From positions 8,164-72,163 of the forward strand of contig LNEP01000007.1 in the NCBI GenBank assembly GCA_001464125.1: a stretch of DNA of 64,000 nucleotides. The letters run 5' to 3'. Shown here in pieces: positions 11,750 through 24,873 of this stretch. The notes beneath the pieces were generated by a model. That model was not told where the DNA came from and ran no database searches. It saw nothing but the letters and a program-made list of their open reading frames with translations. The DNA is from Betaproteobacteria bacterium Ga0077540. GTDB taxonomy: Bacteria; Pseudomonadota; Gammaproteobacteria; Burkholderiales; Methylophilaceae. How positions within the stretch are numbered: position 1 is the first letter of the stretch; every line of letters begins with the position of its first letter. The position numbers and the translations under genes were made by a program.

Positions 11750-12112
11750 ATGGCCGTGGTTGCACTAAATAAAGCAAATTTTAAAGAGACAATTGAAAAA
11801 AATCCTTTTGTTATCGTAGATTTTTGGGCGCCTTGGTGTGATCCATGTGTGGCATTTACGCCAACATTTGAAGCAGCTGCAGAAAAGAATCCAGATATTG
11901 TGTTTGGTATGGTAAATACGGAAACTGACCCTGAGATTTCAGAGTATTTTGAAGTAAATCAAATCCCAGGTATTTTGGTGATTCGTGAGCAGGCCGGTAT
12001 TCATGCGCAAGTGGGAGAAATCGGCGCGCCAGCCTTTGATGAAATCATCAAATGGGCGCGCGAGTTTGATATGACACCAGTGCGTGAGTATTACGCAGCC
12101 AGCCCAAAGTAA
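11750..12112 (+). CDS. Thioredoxin family protein (WCDPC)
   Basis: VIVDFWAPWCDPC and the cis-Pro loop QIP. Confidence 0.88.
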   Translation: MAVVALNKANFKETIEKNPFVIVDFWAPWCDPCVAFTPTFEAAAEKNPDIVFGMVNTETDPEISEYFEVNQIPGILVIREQAGIHAQVGEIGAPAFDEIIKWAREFDMTPVREYYAASPK

Positions 12113-12128
12113 TTAAGAAACAAACACT

Positions 12129-12158
12129 TAAAAGCCACGCAATTGCGTGGCTTTTTTA
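12129..12158. terminator. Bidirectional intrinsic terminator
   Basis: aaaagccacgc-aatt-gcgtggctttttt between convergent genes. Confidence 0.85.
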
Positions 12159-12170
12159 ATGGATAGCTAT

Positions 12171-12518
12171 TTAGAATTCACCAGTGGTGATGAGGCGTAT
12201 CAGATAAAACGCGCCAATCGCCATCATGATGTACATCGGAATATCGCCTGCTTTCGATTTTTCGGTCTTGGAAGGCGAGGATGTCCATCGGTTAAACATC
12301 CAGGCGGCAAAAATGATGACCGGAATCATCAGCATGCCAGTGGTGGATTCAAATAATCGCCCAAACATAGATTTAAGCCAACCACCATCTTTAAAAAACT
12401 CAATTCCAAGACCAATCAAACCAATCAGTATTAATAAGAAAGATACAATGGAAATAAGGGTGCTTAGTTTACTGTTGGGATCTATCTTGGCATTCTTGGC
12501 ATACTTATTTGGATCCAT
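12171..12518 (-). CDS. Hypothetical membrane protein (about 3 TM)
   Basis: ORF with three hydrophobic segments and a GGAGGA RBS, immediately downstream of nlpD. Confidence 0.75.
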   Translation of the reverse strand: MDPNKYAKNAKIDPNSKLSTLISIVSFLLILIGLIGLGIEFFKDGGWLKSMFGRLFESTTGMLMIPVIIFAAWMFNRWTSSPSKTEKSKAGDIPMYIMMAIGAFYLIRLITTGEF

Positions 12519-12544
12519 CAATGCTCCTCCTCGTCAGTGCAAAT

Positions 12545-13486
12545 TTATGAGTTGGGCGTTAGGTATTTTGCTGGGTCAACTGATTTACCTTGCTGCCTAA
12601 TCTCAAAATGTAGCTTAACAGAGTTAGTGTCTGTGTTGCCCATTTCTGCAATCTTTTGTCCAGCAGCCACAATTTGGCCTTCTTTAACTAGCAATTTACT
12701 ATTGTGTGCATATACTGACAAAAAAGTTTTGTTGTGCTTGATAATCACTAAGTTGCCGTAGCCTCGCAAGTCCGAACCGCTGTATATCACTTTGCCGCTA
12801 CTTGCTGCATTCACTGCCTGCCCAGAGGCGCCCGCAATATCAATACCTTTGTTTGACGCTTCGTTAAAACTAGCGATGACTTTACCATTGGTGGGCCAAA
12901 TCCAATTGATGCTGTCATCACTAGCAACTTTGGCTTCTGCAGGTTTCGCAGTTGTTTCCGGGCTGGTGGTAGGTTTAGTGGCCGCAACCTCGGTGGGTTT
13001 GGCTGTGCCGCGATTCAGTGCTTCTAAGCTATAAGGTTCACGTACTGCTTTAGGTTGTGAAAGTATGGGTGTTACTGCAGGTGTGATGGTTTTGGTTTCG
13101 CTAGCTATTGGCTCAGATTTTATAGGTGTAACAACAACACCGTCCTCGGTCGTTGATGCTGGTGCTGACTTCTCCGTATTACCATTTGCCGGCAAGTTAA
13201 GCTTTTGGCCAATCTTGATTGCGTAAGGTGGGCTTAAATTGTTGACGCTGGCAATTTCTTTATAGTCATAGCCAAACTCTAAGCCAATGGCATATAGCGT
13301 ATCGCCTTTTTTAACGGTGTAACTATTAGGGCGCCAGTCTGTACCTGATTTATCAGCTGCGCTAGTTTCAGGCGCGTTTGGTTTGTTGACGGACGCATTT
13401 CGATCAATCACTGGCGCAGGCGGACTACTTGCACATGCGGCTAAACCAATATAAATTACGACGAGAAATAGTTTTTGTAAAATCAT
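12545..13486 (-). CDS. nlpD: Lipoprotein NlpD (LysM + M23 peptidase-like)
   Basis: Lipobox LAAC, LysM YTVKKGDTLYAI, and M23 motifs KGIDI, YAHN and LHFEIR. Confidence 0.92.
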   Translation of the reverse strand: MILQKLFLVVIYIGLAACASSPPAPVIDRNASVNKPNAPETSAADKSGTDWRPNSYTVKKGDTLYAIGLEFGYDYKEIASVNNLSPPYAIKIGQKLNLPANGNTEKSAPASTTEDGVVVTPIKSEPIASETKTITPAVTPILSQPKAVREPYSLEALNRGTAKPTEVAATKPTTSPETTAKPAEAKVASDDSINWIWPTNGKVIASFNEASNKGIDIAGASGQAVNAASSGKVIYSGSDLRGYGNLVIIKHNKTFLSVYAHNSKLLVKEGQIVAAGQKIAEMGNTDTNSVKLHFEIRQQGKSVDPAKYLTPNS

Positions 13487-13490
13487 ACAG

Positions 13491-14162
13491 CTATGCGGTT
13501 GTGCCACCCAATAGAGGCACAAATTTAACGGTTTCCAATTTAGTTTGTTTGAACTCTGAAGTGGTACGTTCTATTAGATATAACGTTTGTGAAGTAGTCC
13601 CCACCGGAATCACCAACCTACCACCAACTGCTAATTGCGCAAGTAGCTCTTCCGGAATGTGGCTGGCAGCAGCAGTCACGATAATGCCATGAAATGGGGC
13701 ATACGCGGATAAACCAATACTGCCGTCGGCATGATCAAGCTTGATGTTGCTGCATTTGAGTGTGCGCAAATGGCTACGTGCTTTCATTACTAAGGGACGT
13801 ATGCGCTCAAGTGAAAATACTTCATCGGCTATTTTAGATAACACTGCCGTTTGATAACCACAGCCGGTGCCAATTTCCAGCACTTTACCTAATGCGCCGC
13901 CGTTACGTAACACTTCTGTCATACGGGCAACAATGTATGGTTGCGAAATAGTTTGACCAAAGCCAATTGGCAGAGAGACATCTTCGTAAGCACGAATAGA
14001 CAGCGCTTCATCCACAAAAATATGGCGCGGAATCTCACCCATGGCAGACAGCACCAACTCATCTTTAATGCCTTGTTCGCGCAAGCGTGTGAGCATGCGG
14101 TCACGCGTGCGTGATGAGGTCATGCCAATGCCGGATTTAGAAGAGGGTCTGAGTAGTGCCAT
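13491..14162 (-). CDS. pcm: Protein-L-isoaspartate O-methyltransferase
   Basis: [22 protein letters not shown] and FVPL. Confidence 0.96.
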   Translation of the reverse strand: MALLRPSSKSGIGMTSSRTRDRMLTRLREQGIKDELVLSAMGEIPRHIFVDEALSIRAYEDVSLPIGFGQTISQPYIVARMTEVLRNGGALGKVLEIGTGCGYQTAVLSKIADEVFSLERIRPLVMKARSHLRTLKCSNIKLDHADGSIGLSAYAPFHGIIVTAAASHIPEELLAQLAVGGRLVIPVGTTSQTLYLIERTTSEFKQTKLETVKFVPLLGGTTA

Positions 14163-14167
14163 GGTGT

Positions 14168-14911
14168 TTACTTACTAATCCAATCTTTCAGTTCCGACAG
14201 TTGACTGTGTTTGGTTAGATCTACCTGAATGGGTGAAATCGAGACATGGTTGTGTGCGATTGCATAAAAGTCGGTACCAATACCACCATCATTAGGTTGT
14301 CCTGCTGCGCCCACCCAATACACGGTCTCGCCACGAGGCGTTTGCAGCTGAATCACAGGTTCGGCCTTGTGTCTTTTGCCTAAGCGAGTGATAGAACGCC
14401 CTTGAATGGCTTCATACGGTACATCGGGCACATTGATATTAAGTAGTGTGGGCGACTTTAACGCGCTTTGAGCATAGTGCTGCACAAGTTCAACCGCAAT
14501 TCGCGCAGCCGTTTCAAAATGCGTGGCATTGTGTTGCGACATAGAAACGGCAAAAGAAGGAATGTCGAGCAGATAACCTTCCATCGCTGCGGCCACGGTG
14601 CCAGAATAAATGGTGTCATCCCCCATGTTGGCGCCGTCATTAATGCCGCTGACGACCATGTCTGGCATTTCGTCCATTAAGCCAGTGAGTGCAATGTGTA
14701 CACAATCGGTTGGCGTGCCATTCACGTAGTAAAAGCCATTACTCGCCTTTCGCACGCTCAATGGGCGGTCTAAGGTAAGTGAGTTGCTGGCGCCGCTCCG
14801 GTTTCGTTCAGGAGCCACTACGGTGATGTCGGCAATTTTGGCTAAATGTGTCGCAAGGATGTTGAGGCCAGGAGCAAAATAGCCATCGTCGTTAGAAATT
14901 AAAATTCGCAT
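14168..14911 (-). CDS. surE: 5'/3'-nucleotidase SurE
   Basis: [20 protein letters not shown] and YSGTV. Confidence 0.97.
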   Translation of the reverse strand: MRILISNDDGYFAPGLNILATHLAKIADITVVAPERNRSGASNSLTLDRPLSVRKASNGFYYVNGTPTDCVHIALTGLMDEMPDMVVSGINDGANMGDDTIYSGTVAAAMEGYLLDIPSFAVSMSQHNATHFETAARIAVELVQHYAQSALKSPTLLNINVPDVPYEAIQGRSITRLGKRHKAEPVIQLQTPRGETVYWVGAAGQPNDGGIGTDFYAIAHNHVSISPIQVDLTKHSQLSELKDWISK

Positions 14912-14957
14912 GCTTTAATTATAATGGTTTTAGTAGTCTTGTCAGCGCGCATATAGC

Positions 14958-15311
14958 CTAAGTTTTCTGGTTAGGACGAGATTTTATCCATTTTGCATAA
15001 AAAATCGCACAGCCAAAAAAAATAAGACTCAGCAAGACTTCTAAAAGCGCCAATCCTGATGACATCCCATGTTCGGACCATGCGCGCACCACCCCTTCGG
15101 TGAAGTAGAACAAAATGAGCATCGATGCCCATTGATAGGTGTAGCGTTTGCCGCGCAGAATACCAAACAGTGGTAGCAGTAATGGCAACACTTTGAGTAC
15201 TAGCATACTCCCGCCCGATTTTAACGGCGCTAACCAGAGTTCCCATGCCACGCACAGCATAATAAGCGCAATCAGGCTAACGCTTGCTCCTATGTGTAAG
15301 GTGCGTATCAT
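14958..15311 (-). CDS. DUF2069-like membrane protein
   Basis: WELWLAPL, LKVLPLL and YTYQWASML..YFTEG. This family commonly lies next to wrbA. Confidence 0.75.
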   Translation of the reverse strand: MIRTLHIGASVSLIALIMLCVAWELWLAPLKSGGSMLVLKVLPLLLPLFGILRGKRYTYQWASMLILFYFTEGVVRAWSEHGMSSGLALLEVLLSLIFFGCAIFYAKWIKSRPNQKT

Positions 15312-16015
15312 GCTCGACACGCTTTTGCCATGTTTACCAATGCTGCACGTGCTTCCTCAGCGTTGGTAATGGGCGTTTCGAAATCAAAACGCAGACGCTG
15401 TGCGGATTTGGTATGGGCGCGTACATCAAAGCCAAAGGTATCAATGCCTATCATTTCTGCCGCGTTGGCATCTACCCCATGATAATGTTGGCAATACGCT
15501 AGCAAGTTGTGCGCGTGGTCGTGATTCATATGTTCAATAATGCTGGGTTCTTCGATAAAAAGTGGGTGGGTCGGCAATTGCATATCTGTACCTGGTACCC
15601 AGCCCATTTTGCCGAACCCAGCAATATAGCGAGCTTGCGTGATGTACAGAGTGTAGAAGGTAAAGTCGTGCATATCAAAATACTGCTCGGCTTGTGGCAA
15701 ATAGCGCAAATAACGTTCACGCATCAGTATGTTTTGCTTATCGGTTTGTTCCGCTTTGGCAAGCAGGGTCAATCTGGCATTGGCTTGCAAATCCTCTTCA
15801 CCGGCAAATACCACCAACGAGACATGCGCATTATGCGCGATGTTTTTGGTATGCTCAGCAATGGTGCTAATCAGTATGGTAGGCATGCCCTGATGGTTCA
15901 ACACAAAAGGTGCTACCGAGCCAAACGGATAGCCGGTAAATTTGGCCGAGTGGGTAGACAGAATGCCGGAATGCGTGCTGAATAAAAACCGTTGTGCTTC
16001 TTGCGTGAGTGACAT
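15308..16015 (-). CDS. HugZ-like / pyridoxamine-5'-phosphate oxidase-like split-barrel protein with DUF2470 domain
   Basis: GYPFGS, S.IAEHTKN, RYIAGFG and IIEHMNHDH. Confidence 0.82.
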   Translation of the reverse strand: MSLTQEAQRFLFSTHSGILSTHSAKFTGYPFGSVAPFVLNHQGMPTILISTIAEHTKNIAHNAHVSLVVFAGEEDLQANARLTLLAKAEQTDKQNILMRERYLRYLPQAEQYFDMHDFTFYTLYITQARYIAGFGKMGWVPGTDMQLPTHPLFIEEPSIIEHMNHDHAHNLLAYCQHYHGVDANAAEMIGIDTFGFDVRAHTKSAQRLRFDFETPITNAEEARAALVNMAKACRA

Positions 16016-16019
16016 GATG

Positions 16020-16622
<603 letters not shown>

Positions 16623-16635
16623 TTAAAAGATTGAA

Positions 16636-19600
16636 TTAATCAAAACTGAAACTATACACAACATCGAGCGCATTCTCTGAACCTGCCTTGGTTTCAATGG
16701 CAATTCTTCTGGTAAATTGATAGGTCAGCTTAGCCACATTCAATAAGCCAAAAATACTTTTTTCGTAGCCTATCGTCAATTGACGGTTGATGCGCTTGCC
16801 CACATTCACACTGTAGTTAGTAGCGTTGGTCCCCTTGATATCCAGACTATCCAGCCCTGCGATATTGGCAATGCGTGATTGTAATGGCACAGAATCACCT
16901 TGCGACAGCAATGCTCCAGCAGCAACAGAAAGTAAGGCTAATTCACTGTTGCCAGCCTCGGACATCGGGCGCCCCAGCACCAATAGAGACAATTTGTCGT
17001 CGTTGGTGGTTTCCGGCTCGGAGACTAATTTAAGTTGAGGTGTTTTGATATCACCGCTGAGTTTTACCCCTACCTTAGTCGGCTCTAGGTTACGCATGGC
17101 CACCACATTAAGCCCTGCGTTAGAGACTGGGCCACTCAGGTTGATTTGACCAGTTTCAATGTTCAATAATTGTCCATAAGCTAGGTAGGTGCCATTGACA
17201 TCTAATGCCCCAAACGCCTCTAACTGCGAGATGGGACCTGTCAACCTTACTTGCCCACTTAGTGCGGCATTCAGGCCTTGTCCGCGCAGCATAAATTGAC
17301 GGCTTTCATCAAAAGGCATGGTCGGTTTTTTGCCAAAATCAATATTCAGTGTGCCCAATGCCAGCCCCAGCTTGCTGGCGGTTTGCTGGTCTTCTTTGCC
17401 TAAAATAATAACATCGTCGTCCAAGGTAGGGCGGCCAGCTTTGGGTAGCTCGAACAAACCGCGGTGCACTTTAAACTGACCATTAATCAGTGCGCGTTGG
17501 CCATTGACTTGCATGTCACCATCTCCACTGAGCACTACAAAACGATCGGTGCGTGAGAGTGCCGTTAATCGATTGGCCTGCACTTTCAAGGCGAGTTGGA
17601 CTGGGCGTTGAATAAGATTTGCCTTGCCTTGTGCGCTCAGCGTGCCGGTTTTGCCAGCAAAATCCAGTTGTTTGACGGTAAATGTCTCCTCAGCAAAAGT
17701 CGCATCCAGTCCGCCTTGATTCAGGACAACGCCTTGGCTGGGAATGAGTATAGACAGGTTAGAACCACGCATATAACCATTGAGTTTTGGTGCGGCTAGG
17801 GTGCCGTTACCATCCACCATCAAGGATAATGCACCTTCAAGATGAGTATCCGCATCGTGTAGTGTTAACCAGTTTAAATGTTGCAGATTGGCCTCAGCGT
17901 GCAAGGATAAAGGCGCTTGCTGGCTCAGGATAAAGCCGCTGTTGGTGCTGGTGATGGACGTGCTTAAATTAGCTTGTGCGGTGCCAGCATAGCTAGATTG
18001 CAGTTGGGTCTCTGCCATGATTTGGTTATTCATGGCCTTTACGCGCAATGCCAAGGTGCTTAGCCCCATGGGTTGTTTGGTTTGTTGCACGGCATCAAGC
18101 AGCACAATATCGCCATCCGCGCGCGTCAGTGCAATCTCCGCATTGATTTGCTCTGCTATTGCAACTTGCCAATCGCCATTTAAAGTTAAGTTATGTTCAA
18201 GATGTGGTGTGTTAAAGCCCAAGTATGTTTGCAGTGCCTGTAGCGGTAATTGTTGTATACGACCTTGGGTTTTGATGATGGGTTTACTCGTTGTTTGATT
18301 GTTGGAAGCCTGATACGAGAACGTATCCATTTGCACTTGTCCCTGCGCGACCTGCAATTGTAGGTCTTTTAATAAAAAGCCGTGGTGGGTGCTAAACGAC
18401 ATGGGAGCCGGTTGTGATAAGCGTATTGTTTCTTTATCTGCACTGGTCAGGCTTTGAATCGTCCCTTGCCAACCTTGTGCATCAAGCCCCCCAGTAATCA
18501 CACCGCTCAAACCAAAACTTGCGTCTTGCTTATCGGCATTCTCGATATTGAGCGTCAGCTGATGTTGAGCGAGACTACCTGTTAAATCAAGCTTGGCATT
18601 GATCGGTTTGGCATCCGCATCATTGGTATCACCTTTGCGTAGACCTTGAATGACGATTGAATTTTCTAAACTTGCAGTATCTATGGATGAAAACTGGCCT
18701 TTGGCTTGCACTTGTTTCATGCTGAGTTGGTTGGGTAAACGCAGTGCTGCTCCATCCAGTTGATATTGATATCGGTAGCTATTGTCAGCATGTGTAATCT
18801 CACCATTGCCTGTTATCGTGCCCGCAAAACCTGCCATGAGTTGATCTAAAGCTGGAAAATCAGCCACCCAGCGCAACGTGTTGCGTTGGCTATCGTTAGG
18901 GTTGAGGCCGCCATTTAATTTAAATTGATTGCCCGCCAGTTGCGCAGTTAAATCCAAATCAGATAACACAAAGTCTATCAATGTTGCTTTTGCATTGAGC
19001 GTGAGTGGGTGTTGGTTGATTTCACTTTGACTAGATTGCACAAGCACTTGCATGGGCTGTTGGCCACTGAGTGCGCCTTGCGCATCAAGCGATATATTGA
19101 GCGCACCTTTGAGTTGAGGGTGTATGTAGGCACTATTCAACGCTTTTAGTTGTACTTGCAAGGTCGCAGGCATTTGGTCTTGCAAGCTCACCGTGGCATC
19201 CAGTGCAATCAAGTTGGTTTGCTCTGCTTCAGTCGCTGGGGCAATGAAAAAGTCGCTGGCCGCTGGCTGATAGTGGTGTAAAGCATGCAGTTTCATTTCG
19301 GCCAAGTCGCCGCTGATATCGGCTTTCAATTGGTACGGGGTAGTACCCGTGGTTTGTTCTGCCTGCAACATGCCATTGAGGGCAAACGGCTTTTTATTGG
19401 TCATGTCTACGCTGGTCTGTAATTGTCCCCAAGGGCTTTCTGCTACTTGCAATGCAAGCTGTAAGGTTTGCGGGTTAGCGCTAAGATTAAAGGTGATAGC
19501 CTTTAGGGTTTGTGTTTCATTGGCTTGCTCAATCACCAGTTCATCAATGAGCCCTTGTTTTAATAAGATGGGCAAAGGTAAATCAAGGCGTTCTGGCAGT

Positions 19601-19923
19601 GTATTAGATGTTGTGTCTGCAGGTGGGTTGGCTTGAGGCTTAAACGTAAGTTTGGCCTGCTTGGCGTGAAAGCGGGAAACTGTCAGTTCGCCAGAGGCAT
19701 TAAGACTCAACGCGAGGTTTGAGTCGATGCGGTCAACGCGCAAAACAGCGTTACCCAAATCCATCTCAAATTGCTTGATATTGGAATACACCAGCAAGTT
19801 GGCCGCGAGCACGATTTGCGGTGTCACAATCATGCTGATGCATAAACTCACAACCAAGCAGATACGCGCCATCAGCCAACAGGCGCTTATCAACCACTTG
19901 CGAAATAGGATTGAAGTTATCAA
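16636..19923 (-). CDS. tamB: Translocation and assembly module TamB
   Basis: Long beta-rich periplasmic protein with a C-terminal DUF490-like region (YLAYGQ, LSLLVLG, GKRIN...FSFD). Follows tamA. Confidence 0.85.
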   Translation of the reverse strand: MITSILFRKWLISACWLMARICLVVSLCISMIVTPQIVLAANLLVYSNIKQFEMDLGNAVLRVDRIDSNLALSLNASGELTVSRFHAKQAKLTFKPQANPPADTTSNTLPERLDLPLPILLKQGLIDELVIEQANETQTLKAITFNLSANPQTLQLALQVAESPWGQLQTSVDMTNKKPFALNGMLQAEQTTGTTPYQLKADISGDLAEMKLHALHHYQPAASDFFIAPATEAEQTNLIALDATVSLQDQMPATLQVQLKALNSAYIHPQLKGALNISLDAQGALSGQQPMQVLVQSSQSEINQHPLTLNAKATLIDFVLSDLDLTAQLAGNQFKLNGGLNPNDSQRNTLRWVADFPALDQLMAGFAGTITGNGEITHADNSYRYQYQLDGAALRLPNQLSMKQVQAKGQFSSIDTASLENSIVIQGLRKGDTNDADAKPINAKLDLTGSLAQHQLTLNIENADKQDASFGLSGVITGGLDAQGWQGTIQSLTSADKETIRLSQPAPMSFSTHHGFLLKDLQLQVAQGQVQMDTFSYQASNNQTTSKPIIKTQGRIQQLPLQALQTYLGFNTPHLEHNLTLNGDWQVAIAEQINAEIALTRADGDIVLLDAVQQTKQPMGLSTLALRVKAMNNQIMAETQLQSSYAGTAQANLSTSITSTNSGFILSQQAPLSLHAEANLQHLNWLTLHDADTHLEGALSLMVDGNGTLAAPKLNGYMRGSNLSILIPSQGVVLNQGGLDATFAEETFTVKQLDFAGKTGTLSAQGKANLIQRPVQLALKVQANRLTALSRTDRFVVLSGDGDMQVNGQRALINGQFKVHRGLFELPKAGRPTLDDDVIILGKEDQQTASKLGLALGTLNIDFGKKPTMPFDESRQFMLRGQGLNAALSGQVRLTGPISQLEAFGALDVNGTYLAYGQLLNIETGQINLSGPVSNAGLNVVAMRNLEPTKVGVKLSGDIKTPQLKLVSEPETTNDDKLSLLVLGRPMSEAGNSELALLSVAAGALLSQGDSVPLQSRIANIAGLDSLDIKGTNATNYSVNVGKRINRQLTIGYEKSIFGLLNVAKLTYQFTRRIAIETKAGSENALDVVYSFSFD

Positions 19924-21777
19924 TTAAAAACTCACTCCCAAATTAAAATGTAAGCGATATTCTTTGGTTTCTTCACCATAGGCAATGTCCGCACCCACCG
20001 GTCCGACCGGGCTCTTCCAGCGAACGCCTAAGCCGTAACCATAGGCTGGCTCATAATCACGCCAACTGTTGGCTGCATTCCCAAAATCCACAAATGCCGC
20101 CGCCCCCCATGATGAGGTGAACCATTGCACAATCTCTGTGCTGCCTGTCAGCAACACGCGTCCACCAAGAATGGCATCACCTTCTTGTACCCCCAACGAT
20201 TGAAAACTATAGCCACGCACAGATTGATCACCACCCGCACGGAACAAGTATGTAGCAGGCACGCTCATGGAGCCAGAGACCAGGCCGACTTCCAAGCGAC
20301 CAAGAAATTGGGTTTTTTCACCTAAAGGGTAAAACCCTTGTACTTTTGCTTGAGATTGTAAAAATCGACCATCGGACAAACGCTCGAGAGGGGCTGCCTG
20401 AAACTGAGATGAAAAGATGATGCCTTTGGTAGGAATTAAATCGTTATCTAATTTACGTAGGTTTAAACCATAAGCCAGCGTTGCCGCTTTATTAAATTCA
20501 GTAGATTCACCATCAATAGTCAAAAACTCATATAGCAAGTTTGCGCCCACAAATTGCTCAAAGTTGCGGGTGCCCCAAGTGCGCTTTACGCCGTTGTTGA
20601 TGGCGGTAGTAATTTGCCCTTCCACATTGGTGCGCACCACACTGTTATTAATGCTATCGCGGTAGCCTTTGGCATCGGTCATAAAAGCAATATTAGAGGT
20701 AGCCGCTTGCAAACGCTGTTCTAAACGTAATGAGGTATCCCATAATAAGCCGCGTTGAAACAAATTACGGTCGGTATAGTTTAAGACCACGCGTGCACCG
20801 GTATTGGTGCTTGCACCCACCCCAATGCTTACGCTTTTTTGCTCACGTTCTTGTATGTCTACAATCACGTCAGCTAGACCGTCTTCCGATAACTGTTGTG
20901 TTGCAGCGCTCACAGACACACGATTGAATTTTCCGGTTTCCTGCAAGGTGTTTTGAAACTGCAATAAGGTACTTTGTTGATAGACATCTCCCGGTTTGAT
21001 GGGGTTAATATTGTCAACCAATGCTGGTGGGTAGTGGTTTAAGCCTTTAAGTTGTAGTTTGCCAAAGCGCACACTGTTGCCGCTATTAAAAATAAGCGAG
21101 AGTGCCGCCTGATGCGTTTTAGGGTCAATGATTGCCTGACTTTGCTCGAGTTTGGCATTGGGGTAGCGCTCTGACAATAGTGTAGTGAGCATATTGCCCT
21201 TGGCCTCAGACCAAGCTTGTTGCGTAAAAGGTTTGCCGGCAGGTAACTGCCAACTGCGTTGCAATGACTCCATTGTGGGTGGTTGATCTTCACTGGCGCT
21301 GGCGCTGTTTACATCCCCCTTAAATGTCAGATTGGCAATGCTTACAGTGGTTTGAGGATTGAGCGTGATGATAAACACCGCTTCATTCTGCGAGGAAGAC
21401 ATAACGTCAACATCGGCAGAGAAATAGCCTTCTGTCGCCAATAAATCCTGTGCATCTTGTGGGGTTTTCTGGATAAGACGTAACCACTCGGCTTGGTCTA
21501 ATCTCGGATTATCCAATGCTTCGTGAATGGTTAAGTGGGATTTCAGCAGTGCTTCAATGCGCTCTGTGTCTGTGTCTTGTGGCGTTTCAGCGAGTTTGAA
21601 AACCGTTTGGTAAGGAGACGATTTTTTTACTTTTAAAAGTGTGCTGGGCTCAGCCAAGCACCAAGCTGGTAAGCACATGCAACACAAGCACAGCATCCAT
21701 CGGATACAAATTCGCAGAGATACTTGTAAGCGCAGGATGCTAAAAGCCGCAATATGTGCATGTAAAACGATAGGCAA
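19924..21777 (-). CDS. tamA: Translocation and assembly module TamA (Omp85 family)
   Basis: POTRA region, AGGDQSVRGY, W.SPVGP and a terminal Phe. The exact start is uncertain. Confidence 0.88.
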   Translation of the reverse strand: MPIVLHAHIAAFSILRLQVSLRICIRWMLCLCCMCLPAWCLAEPSTLLKVKKSSPYQTVFKLAETPQDTDTERIEALLKSHLTIHEALDNPRLDQAEWLRLIQKTPQDAQDLLATEGYFSADVDVMSSSQNEAVFIITLNPQTTVSIANLTFKGDVNSASASEDQPPTMESLQRSWQLPAGKPFTQQAWSEAKGNMLTTLLSERYPNAKLEQSQAIIDPKTHQAALSLIFNSGNSVRFGKLQLKGLNHYPPALVDNINPIKPGDVYQQSTLLQFQNTLQETGKFNRVSVSAATQQLSEDGLADVIVDIQEREQKSVSIGVGASTNTGARVVLNYTDRNLFQRGLLWDTSLRLEQRLQAATSNIAFMTDAKGYRDSINNSVVRTNVEGQITTAINNGVKRTWGTRNFEQFVGANLLYEFLTIDGESTEFNKAATLAYGLNLRKLDNDLIPTKGIIFSSQFQAAPLERLSDGRFLQSQAKVQGFYPLGEKTQFLGRLEVGLVSGSMSVPATYLFRAGGDQSVRGYSFQSLGVQEGDAILGGRVLLTGSTEIVQWFTSSWGAAAFVDFGNAANSWRDYEPAYGYGLGVRWKSPVGPVGADIAYGEETKEYRLHFNLGVSF

Positions 21778-21783
21778 ACTACC

Positions 21784-23220
<1,437 letters not shown>

Positions 23221-23236
23221 CTACGAAAACTGCTGT

Positions 23237-24700
23237 TTACGCAAAGCTCATCATGTCAACAAATTGATTCACAGGCGTTGCTTCTAGCTTGGCTTGGTCT
23301 AGGCAGAGATTCAAAATTTCTGCCTGTTTGTTGGCATCAAAACGGCGTGCCAAATTCACTTTAAATTTTTTCACCAATTCTGGAATGCCTTCACCTCGAC
23401 GGCGGCGATGACCAATCGGGTACTCTACTGCAATATTGCTAGAGCTTGTGCCATCTTTAAAGAACACTTGGATGGCGTTGGCAATCGAGCGTTTTTCTGG
23501 ATCATGGTAATCCTTGGTATATTCAGCTTTTTCAACACACACCATTTTCTCGCGGATGGCATCAATCCGTGGTTCAGCGGCGGCGGTATCTTCGTAATCT
23601 TGCGCGGTTAAACTGCCTTTGAGTAAACCAACGGCGGCCATGTATTGAATACAGTGATCGCGGTCTGCAGGGTTGTCGAGCGGCCCCGTTTTATCAATAA
23701 TGCGAATGGCTGACTCGTGCGTGGTAATCACGATTTTTTCAATTTGTGCGATTTTTTCTAGCGTTTGCAATTTGCTACCCACTTCTGCATTCAATTGAAA
23801 TGCACATTCCACTGCAGTTTGCGCATGGAACTCGGCCGGGAAGCTAATTTTGAACAACACTTGTTCCATCACATAACTGCCATATGGGCGTTGGAATTGA
23901 AAGGTATTGCCTTTAAACAATACATCATAAAAGCCCCAAGTTTTGGCGGTGAGTGCAGAAGGGTAGCCCATTTCACCTTGCAAGGTCATCCAAGCTAAAC
24001 GCACAGCGCGACTAGTCGCATCGCCCGCTGCCCATGATTTACGTGAGCCAGTGTTGGGCGAGTGGCGATAAGTGCGCAAGCTTTGCCCATCCACAAAGGC
24101 ATTAGACACGGCATTGATGATGTCTTCTTTATTGCCACCCAACAGTTTGGTGACTACGGCGGTGGAAGCGATTTTGACTAGAATCACATGGTCCAAGCCC
24201 ACACGGTTAAAGCTGTTCTCTAATGCCAGTACGCCTTGAATTTCGTGTGCTTTAATCATGGCAGTGAGTACGTCTTTGATGGTCAATGGTGCTTTGCCCT
24301 CAGTGATATTTTTGCGAGACATATAGTCTGCCACCGCTAAAATACCCCCTAAGTTATCCGATGGGTGACCCCATTCAGCGGCTAACCAAGTATCGTTAAA
24401 GTCTAACCAGCGTATCATCGCGCCAATATTGAATGCGGCCAAAATGGGATCAAGTTGATAATTTGTTCCTGGTACTTTGGCACCATTGGGCACCACTGTG
24501 CCAGCAACGACTGGGCCTAATAATTTGGTGCAAGCTGGGTAGTCCAAGGCCTCAAAACCGCAACCTAAGGTATCCATTAAGCAATTACGGGCAGTATCAA
24601 ATGCTTCGTCCGATTTGATTTCGTAATCGGCAACGTAGTTGGCAATGTCCACAATCACTTGATCGGGCGCGGGGCGAACGTTAGAAATGTGTGCACTCAT
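23237..24700 (-). CDS. prpD: 2-methylcitrate dehydratase
   Basis: [38 protein letters not shown] and [11 protein letters not shown]. Confidence 0.96.
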   Translation of the reverse strand: MSAHISNVRPAPDQVIVDIANYVADYEIKSDEAFDTARNCLMDTLGCGFEALDYPACTKLLGPVVAGTVVPNGAKVPGTNYQLDPILAAFNIGAMIRWLDFNDTWLAAEWGHPSDNLGGILAVADYMSRKNITEGKAPLTIKDVLTAMIKAHEIQGVLALENSFNRVGLDHVILVKIASTAVVTKLLGGNKEDIINAVSNAFVDGQSLRTYRHSPNTGSRKSWAAGDATSRAVRLAWMTLQGEMGYPSALTAKTWGFYDVLFKGNTFQFQRPYGSYVMEQVLFKISFPAEFHAQTAVECAFQLNAEVGSKLQTLEKIAQIEKIVITTHESAIRIIDKTGPLDNPADRDHCIQYMAAVGLLKGSLTAQDYEDTAAAEPRIDAIREKMVCVEKAEYTKDYHDPEKRSIANAIQVFFKDGTSSSNIAVEYPIGHRRRRGEGIPELVKKFKVNLARRFDANKQAEILNLCLDQAKLEATPVNQFVDMMSFA

Positions 24701-24753
24701 GTTTTAAGCCTTTTAATTTAAAATTTTGCGAATTAACTTTAATTTTCTGAAAG

Positions 24754-24873
24754 AAATGATTGGTAAGCGATGCAGTTCATGGCGCGCGGAGCGCGGAAAT
24801 CGGAGTGTACAAATAAGTTCATCAGGATTTCGAGCACCGCGTAACGCAGTAATGCGCGCTTAACAAATCATTT
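24754..24873 (+). repeat. RPE-1-like palindromic element, copy 2
   Basis: TIR aaatgattggtaagcg ... cgcttaacaaatcattt. The core GGAAATCGGAGTGTACaaataAGTTCATCAGGATTTCGAGCACCGCGTAACGCAG resembles the Rickettsia palindromic element 1 core. Abuts the prpC stop. Confidence 0.72.
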
